Below are positions 55,303 through 64,000 of a stretch of DNA of 64,000 bases, one piece after another. The stretch covers positions 2,042 through 66,041 of IMG/VR virus record IMGVR_UViG_3300029305_004380, one strand, 5' to 3'. Source of the stretch: a virus (lineage: Duplodnaviria > Heunggongvirae > Uroviricota > Caudoviricetes). The notes beneath the pieces were generated by a model. That model searched no databases, had not been told where the DNA came from, and saw nothing but the letters and a program-made list of their open reading frames with translations. Both the position numbers and the translations under genes were made by a program. Numbering within the stretch: the stretch's first letter is position 1; every line of letters begins with the position of its first letter.

Positions 55303-56328
55303 TTAAAACTCCTTCTTATAATTAATTCTCTTGAGTTCATACATTTTTCCAAGACCAGGAACCATTGTGGTTTGACAATATTTTTCTTTTGTTCTTGGAA
55401 TTTTTACCATTTCTGACCAATCATAATTTCCTTTTGTTTTAGAACTTTCAATTGCAAATACTACACATCTGTTGATGAATCTTAAATTTCTAAGTTTTTT
55501 ATTGATTTCTTTTTTAACTTTAGAAGCCTCAATTATATTTACACATTTATTAATATATTCGCTAATAACTTCATCTTCATTTTTAATCTCATATACCACA
55601 CATTCGCAAAGAATTTTATCACCTTTTCTTTCTTCACCAAGATAAGGTTCATTATAGTATATACTATCTTCAGAAAATTCTGGAATAATTTGTCCTTCTT
55701 CTTTAAATTTCTTAATAATCTTATTTACTTCTTTAAGTGTATTAGAAAGCTTATTTTCCATATCCATATTTTCATAAAGTCCAATCTGTAATGGTTGAGC
55801 CCACGCATAAGATATAATAGGTAACTCATTTAATTTAACTTTATAAAGAAAATCAGGTACGTAAGAATGATTATTTGCAACTTCTATTCCATTATAATAA
55901 AGTACTCCCGCATTTCTTAAATCATTAAATGTTTCTTCCGATAATTTAGCGATAATATAATCTATTGTCAACTGTCCATCTCTTATTATTGTATATGTTC
56001 TAAATATCTTTTTAGGTTCTAATCTTATTGAACCATCTTCATTCTCAAATTCTACATATACATCTACTTCTCCGGTCACCGAAATATTAAATCTTTCCTG
56101 ATTAGATTGAATTGCAGTAATTGCAATTGTTTTACCTGCTTCAATAGGATTAAAGTGAATTCTTGAATCAGTTGTTGTTTTCTTTTCAGCTGAATAACTT
56201 AAAGGAATATAACAAATACAATTTTCATCTTCAATAAGACTTCTTAAAATATTAATTACATTTGCATTAGGTGAACCTTTAACTAATCCTCTAATACCTT
56301 TACCAATAAATTGTTTTTCATTTTTCAT
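55303..56328 (-). CDS. hypothetical protein (341 aa), first gene behind P5
   Basis: ORF track; AAAGGAGAATG ribosome-binding site. Confidence 0.5.
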   Translation of the reverse strand: MKNEKQFIGKGIRGLVKGSPNANVINILRSLIEDENCICYIPLSYSAEKKTTTDSRIHFNPIEAGKTIAITAIQSNQERFNISVTGEVDVYVEFENEDGSIRLEPKKIFRTYTIIRDGQLTIDYIIAKLSEETFNDLRNAGVLYYNGIEVANNHSYVPDFLYKVKLNELPIISYAWAQPLQIGLYENMDMENKLSNTLKEVNKIIKKFKEEGQIIPEFSEDSIYYNEPYLGEERKGDKILCECVVYEIKNEDEVISEYINKCVNIIEASKVKKEINKKLRNLRFINRCVVFAIESSKTKGNYDWSEMVKIPRTKEKYCQTTMVPGLGKMYELKRINYKKEF

Positions 56329-56359
56329 ATTTCATTCTCCTTTGTGATTTGATATTATA

Positions 56360-56388
56360 ATTATAACATAATTTTTTATATTTGTAAA
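56360..56388 (-). promoter_or_regulatory. sigma-A-type promoter P5
   Basis: Read on the minus strand: TTTACA at 56388-56383, a 17 bp spacer ending TGT, and TATAAT at 56365-56360. Confidence 0.6.
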
Positions 56389-56461
56389 TAGTTATTTTTA
56401 CAATTAATTTAATTTTGTAACAATTTAACAATATGCTATTATATTTATTAGTCATTTTTTT

Positions 56462-56510
56462 ACAATTAAAAAGTCCTTCAATATAATTATTAAAGGACTT
56501 GTATATTTTT
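56462..56510 (-). terminator. hairpin (AAGTCCTT / AAGGACTT, 14 nt loop) following the sigma-factor gene
   Basis: An 8 bp stem and a T-rich tract. It lies immediately after the stop of the sigma gene. Confidence 0.45.
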
Positions 56511-56513
56511 TAA

Positions 56514-57230
56514 TTAATATGCATATAATTCATACAGAAGATCTTTTATATCTTGTCGAATCAACGTGGTGCAATTATCTGTTGCTCTCATGCCTAAACA
56601 TTTATAAACAGCATTATATGTGAATTTTGTCATGCTATCCAGAATGCCTCTTTTTTCATCATCGAGTGAATTATAAAATTCATTATAAATGCTTCTTATC
56701 TTTGTAGATGGACCATCAAACTCTTTAATGTACCGCGTTGCGATAAGATATTTAACTTTATTATCAAAAATATCATCTAATAATTCTTCTAATGATATTC
56801 TTAATATAATACTGTCTGTTTCATTTAATTTATGAGAAGATGCTTTATATTCTATTTTTTGTTTTTCAGTGTTTAATGCTGAAGTATATCCTCTATCATG
56901 ACCGTTAAATATTTCAGTACTAAAATCATCAATATTTTCCATTTGTTTAGATACGTACATGCATTTTGCAAGTATTGCATTTTGTGCAACTCTTATTAAA
57001 TAAGAAAGTTCTAATTCATTTCCTCTTAGTTTATATTTATCAATCGCTTCATATATTTTAAGCCAAGCTTCTTGTTTTAAATCATCGACTTGAAAATACG
57101 GATTTGTTGCTACATATTTTAATGCTATATTATTTATAACTTGATTAAGCTTTCTATGCACCTCCTTATTATATACTCCATCTAATGTAATTAATACATT
57201 ATTTTTGTTTACTTTTGTAGTGGTTTCCAT
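56514..57230 (-). CDS. phage-encoded sigma-70-family sigma factor (238 aa)
   Basis: The region-2-like segment DDLKQEAWLKIYEAIDKYK...YLIRVAQNAI resembles sigma-70 region 2.1-2.4. Its position between the structural and replication modules is typical of a late or middle sigma factor. Confidence 0.55.
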   Translation of the reverse strand: METTTKVNKNNVLITLDGVYNKEVHRKLNQVINNIALKYVATNPYFQVDDLKQEAWLKIYEAIDKYKLRGNELELSYLIRVAQNAILAKCMYVSKQMENIDDFSTEIFNGHDRGYTSALNTEKQKIEYKASSHKLNETDSIILRISLEELLDDIFDNKVKYLIATRYIKEFDGPSTKIRSIYNEFYNSLDDEKRGILDSMTKFTYNAVYKCLGMRATDNCTTLIRQDIKDLLYELYAY

Positions 57231-57281
57231 TTTTTCTTTTTCCTTTCATCATATTTTTTAAGGTGTGTTAATCACAGTTTG

Positions 57282-57310
57282 AATTATAACATATATTTTT
57301 TTAGTTGTAA
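57282..57310 (-). promoter_or_regulatory. sigma-A-type promoter P6 upstream of the sigma-factor gene
   Basis: Read on the minus strand: TTTACA at 57310-57305, a 17 bp spacer ending TGT, and TATAAT at 57287-57282. Confidence 0.6.
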
Positions 57311-57384
57311 ATAAAAATTTTGTAATTTTTTGGAATATTGTATAAGTTGTATCAATGATGGTTATAATATTAGGTTAAATTTAA

Positions 57385-57420
57385 TAAAAAATAAAGACGC
57401 TTAATCATAAAGCGTCTTCA
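57385..57420 (-). terminator. intrinsic terminator (AAGACGCTT / AAGCGTCTT) after the tail-fibre gene
   Basis: A 9 bp stem and 7 nt loop, followed by TTTATTTTTTATT in the minus-strand sense. Confidence 0.6.
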
Positions 57421-57444
57421 TATATTTAAAATTATATATTTATT

Positions 57445-60400
57445 TTATTGTGTCATAATCAATGCTAATACTTTATATTGATTATCTTCTTCAAAATATT
57501 TAGGTTCACATAATGCTTTTCCTATCATAGTACCCATTGTATTATAAACTGATTTAGTAGCTTTACCTTTTTCTATAGAAGATGTCAACATGTCTCCAGG
57601 TCTTATATTAGAATTTTCAACAACATTTACCCATACTTTTCCCACCACAGCAACTGTAAAATATTCATTTTGTAAATCAATAATATCTTGACTCTTATTA
57701 ATTCTATTACCACCTGCAAGAAATGCATATGAATTAGATTGAACACCTACTACTAATTTATTTTCAAATCCATCACAAATAGTATATTTACCTGTTTCAG
57801 GATTTAAAGCAATTAAAGTTCCAGGAGTAGCGATTTCTTCTATATTATCTTTTTCAAATGTTTCAGCAAAATCATTATATACTGCATTATAAACTCTACC
57901 ATGACAAATAGTAACACCTAAATGATTATTTGCATTTAATCCATCTCCTACTAGTGACGGATTATTTATATCTCCTGATATAGATAAACCTGCATTCTCT
58001 AATAAAAGAAAGTCTCTAATTTTATTTGTAGGATTATAATGAGTATATCCATTGTGGTCCATATATGTTTCAAATACTCCATTGTTATCTACATTTGAAT
58101 ATTTAGTAGCAAGTCCTTGATCCGAATTCATATTATCATGTACATATGATAAAACCACAGGTGGAGTATTTTCTAATGTTTCTGAATTTGTTTTTCCAAC
58201 AGAACCATTATATCTCCATATAATTTGATTAGCACGTTGATTTGCAACAGTAGTATTAAATTCTATATTATAAGTACTACCTAATTTTCTACCATCATTT
58301 TTATCATGTTCTTCATCATAAGAGCCACCATTTGTGACATCTTTATCATTATCATATCTAAATTTTGTAAATCTTACCCATTCTTTGTCATCAGTATATG
58401 CATTATATGAATCACTTATATCATCATTTGTAGATAATAAATCCGAACATCCAATATTACCGGCTGAAACGATACCTGCTATTTCTTTATAAGTAGGAAA
58501 TTCATGTCCACTTATAGGAGTAGACATTTTGTTAAATACCGAAATATTATCTACTGTTTGTTCCAAATAAGTATATATATCTTTAGACTTTAATAAAAGT
58601 TTATGATTAGTATTTAATTCAGCATTATTATTTATAAAATCATTCTCTTTTTCAGTACCAATTTGAATACTTTTTTCTACTATAGATTTACTAGTATAAA
58701 TTCCAGGCTGAACATTTATATAAGAAATTTTATTGTTATTATCTCCTTCATTTAAGATTTCAATAGTATTTAATTTAACATTTGATTCATTTCCTAATGA
58801 AGTAGATTTAATTCTTAAATTTCCTAAAGTCAAATATGGATCGGTATACCCACCAATTAAATTGTTATGATAGTTATGCCATGCATTTTTACCAATACCT
58901 AATGTAAAATGCAATGTATCATTTGTATTACCCAATTGTTGAGTACCTCTAGTTCCTGTTCTATGAGCTTCATATGCGTGATCAGCCATACTAATTACAT
59001 TATTATCTACTCTAAAATCTATGTTACGTCCATTTTTAGACGCTGAAAATAATTGTATACCTGAGCCATAATGAAATCCTTCAAATTCATCTTCATTGTC
59101 TATAAACTTAGTATTATCAGATACTTTATCATTATATGAATCTATAAATATTTCACCATTTTTAAAGTTAATAGATGATTTTCTATTACTATTATCAGAA
59201 TTTTCAATAATAAATTTAGAACTATTTACATTGTCTGTTTTCTCTTTATCATAAATCAATCCAGAATCATTTTCATTATAGTGCACCATACGAGTATAAT
59301 TTGATATATTATTATCTGTAACAGAATCACCACTATGAATTCTTAAGCCTGTATCTCCATATTTTTGTGATATAAGAGCTGCATGAATACCTGTATAACC
59401 GTAATTAAAATCTGTAGTATGTTTATATGTTCCAGGAACTATTGTCATTATAGTTCCACCAACATTATAATCAAAATTGTTATTTTTTACACTCGCATTA
59501 TTATCTCTTACTAAATCACCATATGTTCTTGGACTAATAAGAACACTATCTTGAAAATTATCATGTGTTCCATCTTTTATATAATCATATTCATCAAAAT
59601 ATTCTCTAAGTGCATCAATAGATAAATTATTAAATCTTAAAGCTCCAGTCATATAATCTCCATATTTAGAAACTAACCAATCAGGAATATGGCTTATATA
59701 ATCTTGTAAATCAGTTGTATGACTAGCAGGTTTTGTTCTTTGTCCTCTATTTAACTCAATCGGATTATGCGCAGTATCATAACTATACAAAGATGTATGA
59801 ATTTGACTCATATTATCTCTCAATGTATCATATTTTGTAGTTTTATGACCATAAACATCAATTTCAACTGAATCTCCAGAGTACTTATGATTTTTCAATG
59901 GATCTTGTTCAAACCCGTGATATATAATTCTATCTCCAAACTGCGTACCATCTCTAACAATAGAACCATTTTGAACCCAAGCTCTACCTAAAATCAATAT
60001 ATTATCATAATTGCATTCTAACTGACAATCATCAAACCATTTTAAATAAATACCTGATAATATTTCTGATTCACCTACATGAGCTTCTTTATTTACTACA
60101 TCACCTAATATATGATTACTAGCATCATATGAAATTGAAATTCCTAATGTATATTGTGATATAATACCAGAACTATAAGTACCATCATCATTCATTATTC
60201 TATTATCAGGAACTTTAATTTCAATGCTGTTTTTAGTTACAAATCTATACCCATTGATAACTGCTTCACCTGGTGAAATTGTAACAGCTGTTCTGTTTGC
60301 ATTAACTGCTAATGCAAAATGATTATATTTTAAAACAAAATTTTTATCAAATATATCTCTATAGATATTTCTTAGATTTTCTTCTGTGGTAAGTTTTCCT

Positions 60401-60555
60401 TCATCTAAAGCATTACTAGATGGGAATACTTGGGCATCTTTAGCAAAATAATAATATGAATCATCTCTTAATTCCCAATTTCCAAATTCCATTATTTCAC
60501 CCACTTTAAATAAATTTATTTTATATTTGTATTTTAAAAATAATAGGTAACTCAA
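57445..60555 (-). CDS. tail fibre / receptor-binding protein (up to 1036 aa; true start may be the internal MEFGNWE at about 60492)
   Basis: A very long Asn/Gly/Ser/Thr/Tyr-rich beta-structure-like sequence. The C-terminal approximately 150 aa (NDFAETFEK...LIALNPETGKY...) resembles intramolecular chaperone domains of phage fibres. It sits in a structural cluster. Confidence 0.6.
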   Translation of the reverse strand: MSYLLFLKYKYKINLFKVGEIMEFGNWELRDDSYYYFAKDAQVFPSSNALDEGKLTTEENLRNIYRDIFDKNFVLKYNHFALAVNANRTAVTISPGEAVINGYRFVTKNSIEIKVPDNRIMNDDGTYSSGIISQYTLGISISYDASNHILGDVVNKEAHVGESEILSGIYLKWFDDCQLECNYDNILILGRAWVQNGSIVRDGTQFGDRIIYHGFEQDPLKNHKYSGDSVEIDVYGHKTTKYDTLRDNMSQIHTSLYSYDTAHNPIELNRGQRTKPASHTTDLQDYISHIPDWLVSKYGDYMTGALRFNNLSIDALREYFDEYDYIKDGTHDNFQDSVLISPRTYGDLVRDNNASVKNNNFDYNVGGTIMTIVPGTYKHTTDFNYGYTGIHAALISQKYGDTGLRIHSGDSVTDNNISNYTRMVHYNENDSGLIYDKEKTDNVNSSKFIIENSDNSNRKSSINFKNGEIFIDSYNDKVSDNTKFIDNEDEFEGFHYGSGIQLFSASKNGRNIDFRVDNNVISMADHAYEAHRTGTRGTQQLGNTNDTLHFTLGIGKNAWHNYHNNLIGGYTDPYLTLGNLRIKSTSLGNESNVKLNTIEILNEGDNNNKISYINVQPGIYTSKSIVEKSIQIGTEKENDFINNNAELNTNHKLLLKSKDIYTYLEQTVDNISVFNKMSTPISGHEFPTYKEIAGIVSAGNIGCSDLLSTNDDISDSYNAYTDDKEWVRFTKFRYDNDKDVTNGGSYDEEHDKNDGRKLGSTYNIEFNTTVANQRANQIIWRYNGSVGKTNSETLENTPPVVLSYVHDNMNSDQGLATKYSNVDNNGVFETYMDHNGYTHYNPTNKIRDFLLLENAGLSISGDINNPSLVGDGLNANNHLGVTICHGRVYNAVYNDFAETFEKDNIEEIATPGTLIALNPETGKYTICDGFENKLVVGVQSNSYAFLAGGNRINKSQDIIDLQNEYFTVAVVGKVWVNVVENSNIRPGDMLTSSIEKGKATKSVYNTMGTMIGKALCEPKYFEEDNQYKVLALIMTQ

Positions 60556-60576
60556 TTATTGTCAAGTTACCTATTA
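60530..60576 (-). terminator. hairpin (ATAGGTAACT / AGTTACCTAT) with downstream T-run
   Basis: A 10 bp stem and 12 nt loop, lying between the structural genes. Confidence 0.45.
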
Positions 60577-60599
60577 GTGAATATAAAGTTAATAAGCAA

Positions 60600-61496
60600 T
60601 TATATTTTTCTCAACTTAAATGGAGTGTCAGAAACAAAATCCATAGTTAATTCTTGCGGTCCGCTTTCGCCGTCTCCATCATCGATATAAGTTACTTCAA
60701 AATAAGATATATATTTATTTAACTTTTCATCATAAGTTAAAAACTTTATAGCCATTTTACCATCTTCTTCTACTTCTTCACCTTCGCCAATGATATAATA
60801 TTTTTTATTGTTATATATTATTCTATTTATTGCTTCAGACGGATCAATTGCAAGATTATAGTTATTTTCATCTTCATCTTTATAATTAGCTATTTTTTGT
60901 TTAATATCTTCATCAGATAAATTTTCCATTTTTATAGTTTTAGGAATTAAATCTATTGATTTAGTAGTATAAGCGCCACCTATACCCGAAGTAGCCTCAT
61001 TCATTGAACTTGTATATTCATAAATAGAATCAATAATGTGATATATTTCACATAATGATTCTCCGATATTTGCAGGAATTGCACCATTTTTATTAACATA
61101 TAATTCTAATGAATCTAAACCATCTCTAATATATTCTATTTTTTGAATAACGTCTTTTCCATCCATAGATTCTACTTTTATATTTTTACGTTCATGTAAT
61201 CCAAAACAGGTTGCATTAATTTCTTCAGAAATATCATTTAAAATATTAACGTTTTCAATGTTTTTAGGTTCTACATCCCAACTACCTAAATAATTATCTT
61301 TAATATAAAATGTTAAAGTATAAATTTCTCCATCATATTCACTAACACCTGTTATTTCATTGTCTAAATCATCAAGAATAATATCTAGTGCTTTATCTCC
61401 TAATTCATCCATTTCTTGTACAAATTGTCTACGTTCATCAATACTAGTTTCAACAATTTTTTTCTTACAATTATCTTTTAATATCATGATATTCAC
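60600..61496 (-). CDS. acidic structural/assembly protein (298 aa)
   Basis: ORF track; located in the virion gene cluster. Confidence 0.45.
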   Translation of the reverse strand: MNIMILKDNCKKKIVETSIDERRQFVQEMDELGDKALDIILDDLDNEITGVSEYDGEIYTLTFYIKDNYLGSWDVEPKNIENVNILNDISEEINATCFGLHERKNIKVESMDGKDVIQKIEYIRDGLDSLELYVNKNGAIPANIGESLCEIYHIIDSIYEYTSSMNEATSGIGGAYTTKSIDLIPKTIKMENLSDEDIKQKIANYKDEDENNYNLAIDPSEAINRIIYNNKKYYIIGEGEEVEEDGKMAIKFLTYDEKLNKYISYFEVTYIDDGDGESGPQELTMDFVSDTPFKLRKI

Positions 61497-61500
61497 TCCT

Positions 61501-61743
61501 TTAATTTATTATTTCATAATTAGTATCAAAACATTTATTTCTTTTCCATACTATAGAACCGTCTTTATATTTAACAGCCCACCAACCTATTCTTGTATGC
61601 AAAGTGTTCATATTTATTTGATTAGAACCTGCTAATAAACTTTGTAAGTCTTTTATGCTATTTGCGGTTCCGTCAAAATGCACAGCTTTAACATTTTCAT
61701 TGAACATTATATCTTTACAATTTTTAAATGCCATTTTACTCAC
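61501..61743 (-). CDS. small structural-cluster protein (80 aa)
   Basis: ORF track. Confidence 0.4.
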   Translation of the reverse strand: MSKMAFKNCKDIMFNENVKAVHFDGTANSIKDLQSLLAGSNQINMNTLHTRIGWWAVKYKDGSIVWKRNKCFDTNYEIIN

Positions 61744-61745
61744 CT

Positions 61746-63971
61746 TTATTTTCTATTATCATTTCTTATAAATTCAGGTCTTACAAAAAATTCATCGTTG
61801 TTAAAGTTAGCATAACGTGAATAAGTAAGCTTGTTGACTTTAAACATTATTTTTATTGATGTAGGAATTTTATTTAATTTAAATTGAACATGTCCTGTGC
61901 TATAATCTATACTTCCTTGTCCATTTAAAAGACCAGGTGTACCATTTATATTGCCTGAACCTGTATCTGCTAATATTTCTTCATCTCCATTAATGTATAT
62001 AAATAAACTATACGGTTTAATAGGATAAGCTTTAATAATATTACCTATTGAATCTTTAATAGGATTTCCATTAAAATCTTGTCCTAAGAAAAAATTAAAT
62101 TCAGTTTGATCATCATGAATATCATATAATTGTATATATTCACCTGTTATATCTTCTCTACATGCAGGTTCAAATATAAAACTATCATTTTCAACAATGG
62201 GTTCACCGTACATGTCTGATATAACTCCTGTATTTTCATCATATGATCTTCCTTTACTATACCAATATTCTCCTCTTTTTATGAATATTTCACCTGTTAA
62301 TCTATCAATTATTTCTCCTGTAGATTCATTATATATATTATCCACAATATCCCATACTTCTCTTATAACATTTAAATCTACATATTGTTTAATAACGTCA
62401 TCTGATAACTTTAATATATCATCATAAGATAGTTTTGGATCTAATTTACATAAATCGTCTATTTGTCTATATGATAATTTTAATTTTCTATGAGCATCAG
62501 AACCATCAGGCATATACATTCTTGAATCATATTCTATAGTATAATTAGTATCTTCTAATTCTCCTAATAAATTATATTTTTGTATTTTGAATTGTGCATC
62601 ATCTGTGTTTATAACATAACCAGTAAATACAGGTGTTAAACCCGTCCAATTATAAATTCTTTTATTGTATATTTCATATTCTCTTGGCTCATACACACCG
62701 AATAATCCAATAGTGTAATCCAATCCATCTTCTCTTATTATTCTATTACCTGCATTTTTTCCATATCCATCTCCACCAGGAGTTATATTATTATCATTTT
62801 CATTGTCATTTTCAACTTCAACTTTTATATTAGTAGTACTATTAGGCTTAAAAATAGGTTCTGATGAATTATCATATACATCTTTATATACATCTTCATA
62901 TTCAGATAATTTTTCTAATTCTACTGAAGTACATCCAAGAGATGTCATATAATATCCAGTATATTCATGATTTTCATTATAAATCATATATTTATTCTTA
63001 ATAACAAATCCTGTAGGATTTCCAAATATTGATCTTTTAATCCTTCTATATTGAACCGCAGATGTATTTAAATCTACATGCCAAATATTTTTATCTGTTT
63101 TCATTATGCATTCAATAACATCCATATAATTTACGGGTTCATTAAAATCTAATGTCTCACAATTAAATCGTTTTATCAGATTATCATTTATTCTATTCAT
63201 TAATGAATTATTATCTTCTATATTAATAGGCTTCCTTAAAAATATCTGTCCATTTATAGACCAATCTATCCAATCAACATAATTTTCTAAATATACATTA
63301 ATATTAGTAGGAATAGTCTTATATGATTGTAATTCACCTATGATATTTTCTTTAAATAATTCATCTTTATTTATTATGCCTACATCACTGAATGCATAAA
63401 TGTAATCACTGCCGTAATCATTATAATCATTTTTTCTAACAATATATAAATTAACCTGATTTTCAGTCATTTCATTTGCATAAGGATCAGTTTGTATATC
63501 TGTAGCTATAACATTAGCAACTGATTCAATTCTATTAACCGCTTTTTCAAAATCTCTCAATATGACTAAAGTGTCTATGGTATTTATGTAATTTTCTGCA
63601 TTTTTTCTAGCTTCTATACATGTTTCAGGATTACATCCATATGTAGAAGCTGTATTAAATAATGTTACATTTTCTAAAGCAGTAGATATATTTACATTTT
63701 CATCCATTACATAACATGATGATGAATCCATTTGAGTTAATACGTTTTCTTCAATTTCTCCATTTTTACCATCTGAAACTACAGCAAATATTTTAAATTT
63801 AGTAATAACGTACTTTGTATTCCAATATGTAGGTAATATAATAAAAGGTATTCCTGAAACATCTACATCTAACTCAAATACTTTATCCATAGTAGTTGAT
63901 AAATTTATATTTTCAACCAAAGTCCATTCATTATTAGCAAAAGGTGTTTCATCATTATCTACTAACATCAC
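61746..63971 (-). CDS. large tail/baseplate protein (741 aa)
   Basis: ORF track; Asn/Tyr/Gly-rich, adjacent to the fibre gene. Confidence 0.5.
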   Translation of the reverse strand: MMLVDNDETPFANNEWTLVENINLSTTMDKVFELDVDVSGIPFIILPTYWNTKYVITKFKIFAVVSDGKNGEIEENVLTQMDSSSCYVMDENVNISTALENVTLFNTASTYGCNPETCIEARKNAENYINTIDTLVILRDFEKAVNRIESVANVIATDIQTDPYANEMTENQVNLYIVRKNDYNDYGSDYIYAFSDVGIINKDELFKENIIGELQSYKTIPTNINVYLENYVDWIDWSINGQIFLRKPINIEDNNSLMNRINDNLIKRFNCETLDFNEPVNYMDVIECIMKTDKNIWHVDLNTSAVQYRRIKRSIFGNPTGFVIKNKYMIYNENHEYTGYYMTSLGCTSVELEKLSEYEDVYKDVYDNSSEPIFKPNSTTNIKVEVENDNENDNNITPGGDGYGKNAGNRIIREDGLDYTIGLFGVYEPREYEIYNKRIYNWTGLTPVFTGYVINTDDAQFKIQKYNLLGELEDTNYTIEYDSRMYMPDGSDAHRKLKLSYRQIDDLCKLDPKLSYDDILKLSDDVIKQYVDLNVIREVWDIVDNIYNESTGEIIDRLTGEIFIKRGEYWYSKGRSYDENTGVISDMYGEPIVENDSFIFEPACREDITGEYIQLYDIHDDQTEFNFFLGQDFNGNPIKDSIGNIIKAYPIKPYSLFIYINGDEEILADTGSGNINGTPGLLNGQGSIDYSTGHVQFKLNKIPTSIKIMFKVNKLTYSRYANFNNDEFFVRPEFIRNDNRK

Positions 63972-64000
63972 ACTTGTCTCATCTATATTATATTGATTAA

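Noticed and set aside
1-64000. Prophage or integrative element boundaries (integrase, att sites flanking tRNAs)
   Set aside because: No integrase, recombinase, excisionase or repressor/Cro pair was seen. The tRNA genes are internal to a phage gene block with T4-like replication genes, which is consistent with a virulent phage rather than an integrated element.

Overview
The window is a very AT-rich (roughly 25-30% GC by eye) 64 kb stretch in which essentially every credible gene lies on the minus strand. It has the hallmarks of a large virulent tailed phage of a low-GC Firmicute, and the SpoIIID-, SpoVG- and FloT-like genes suggest a spore-forming, Clostridium-like host. Reading in transcription order (high to low coordinates), four blocks follow each other. 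Block 1 (64000 to 57445) holds virion tail, baseplate and fibre genes. Block 2 (57230 to 44294) holds a phage sigma factor followed by a T4-like replication and recombination core: NAD-ligase, RuvC-like resolvase, a ThyA-family enzyme carrying the dCMP-hydroxymethylase signature, a 5'-3' exonuclease, an SF2 helicase, a DnaG-type primase, a gp32-like SSB and a GroES homologue. Block 3 (44221 to 19833) holds a GH73 lysin, a MazF-domain fusion protein, SbcCD, dCMP deaminase, a putative glycosyltransferase, dUTPase, a tRNA cluster (Leu-UAA, Gln-UUG and one aberrant tRNA-like element), a FloT-like flotillin, an 865 aa coiled-coil protein, HD hydrolases, ThyX, RecA and SpoIIID-like genes. Block 4 (19731 to 1) holds a divergent C5-cytosine-methyltransferase-like gene flanked by paralogous HD-like genes, SpoVG-like and HU genes, RtcB RNA ligase and about 45 small early genes of unknown function. 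Seven minus-strand promoters share one architecture (TTTACA, 17 bp spacer ending TGT, TATAAT) and sit inside conserved cassettes, most of them immediately behind intrinsic terminator hairpins. No integrase, CRISPR array or transposase was seen. The most novel-looking content is a candidate T4-type hydroxymethylcytosine DNA-modification pathway in a Firmicute phage, made up of the dCMP-HMase-like enzyme, dCMP deaminase, a dUTPase-family enzyme, a glycosyltransferase-like gene and an atypical C5-MTase-like gene. A second novel feature is a set of host-takeover genes (SpoIIID, SpoVG, HU, flotillin, GroES, MazF fusion).
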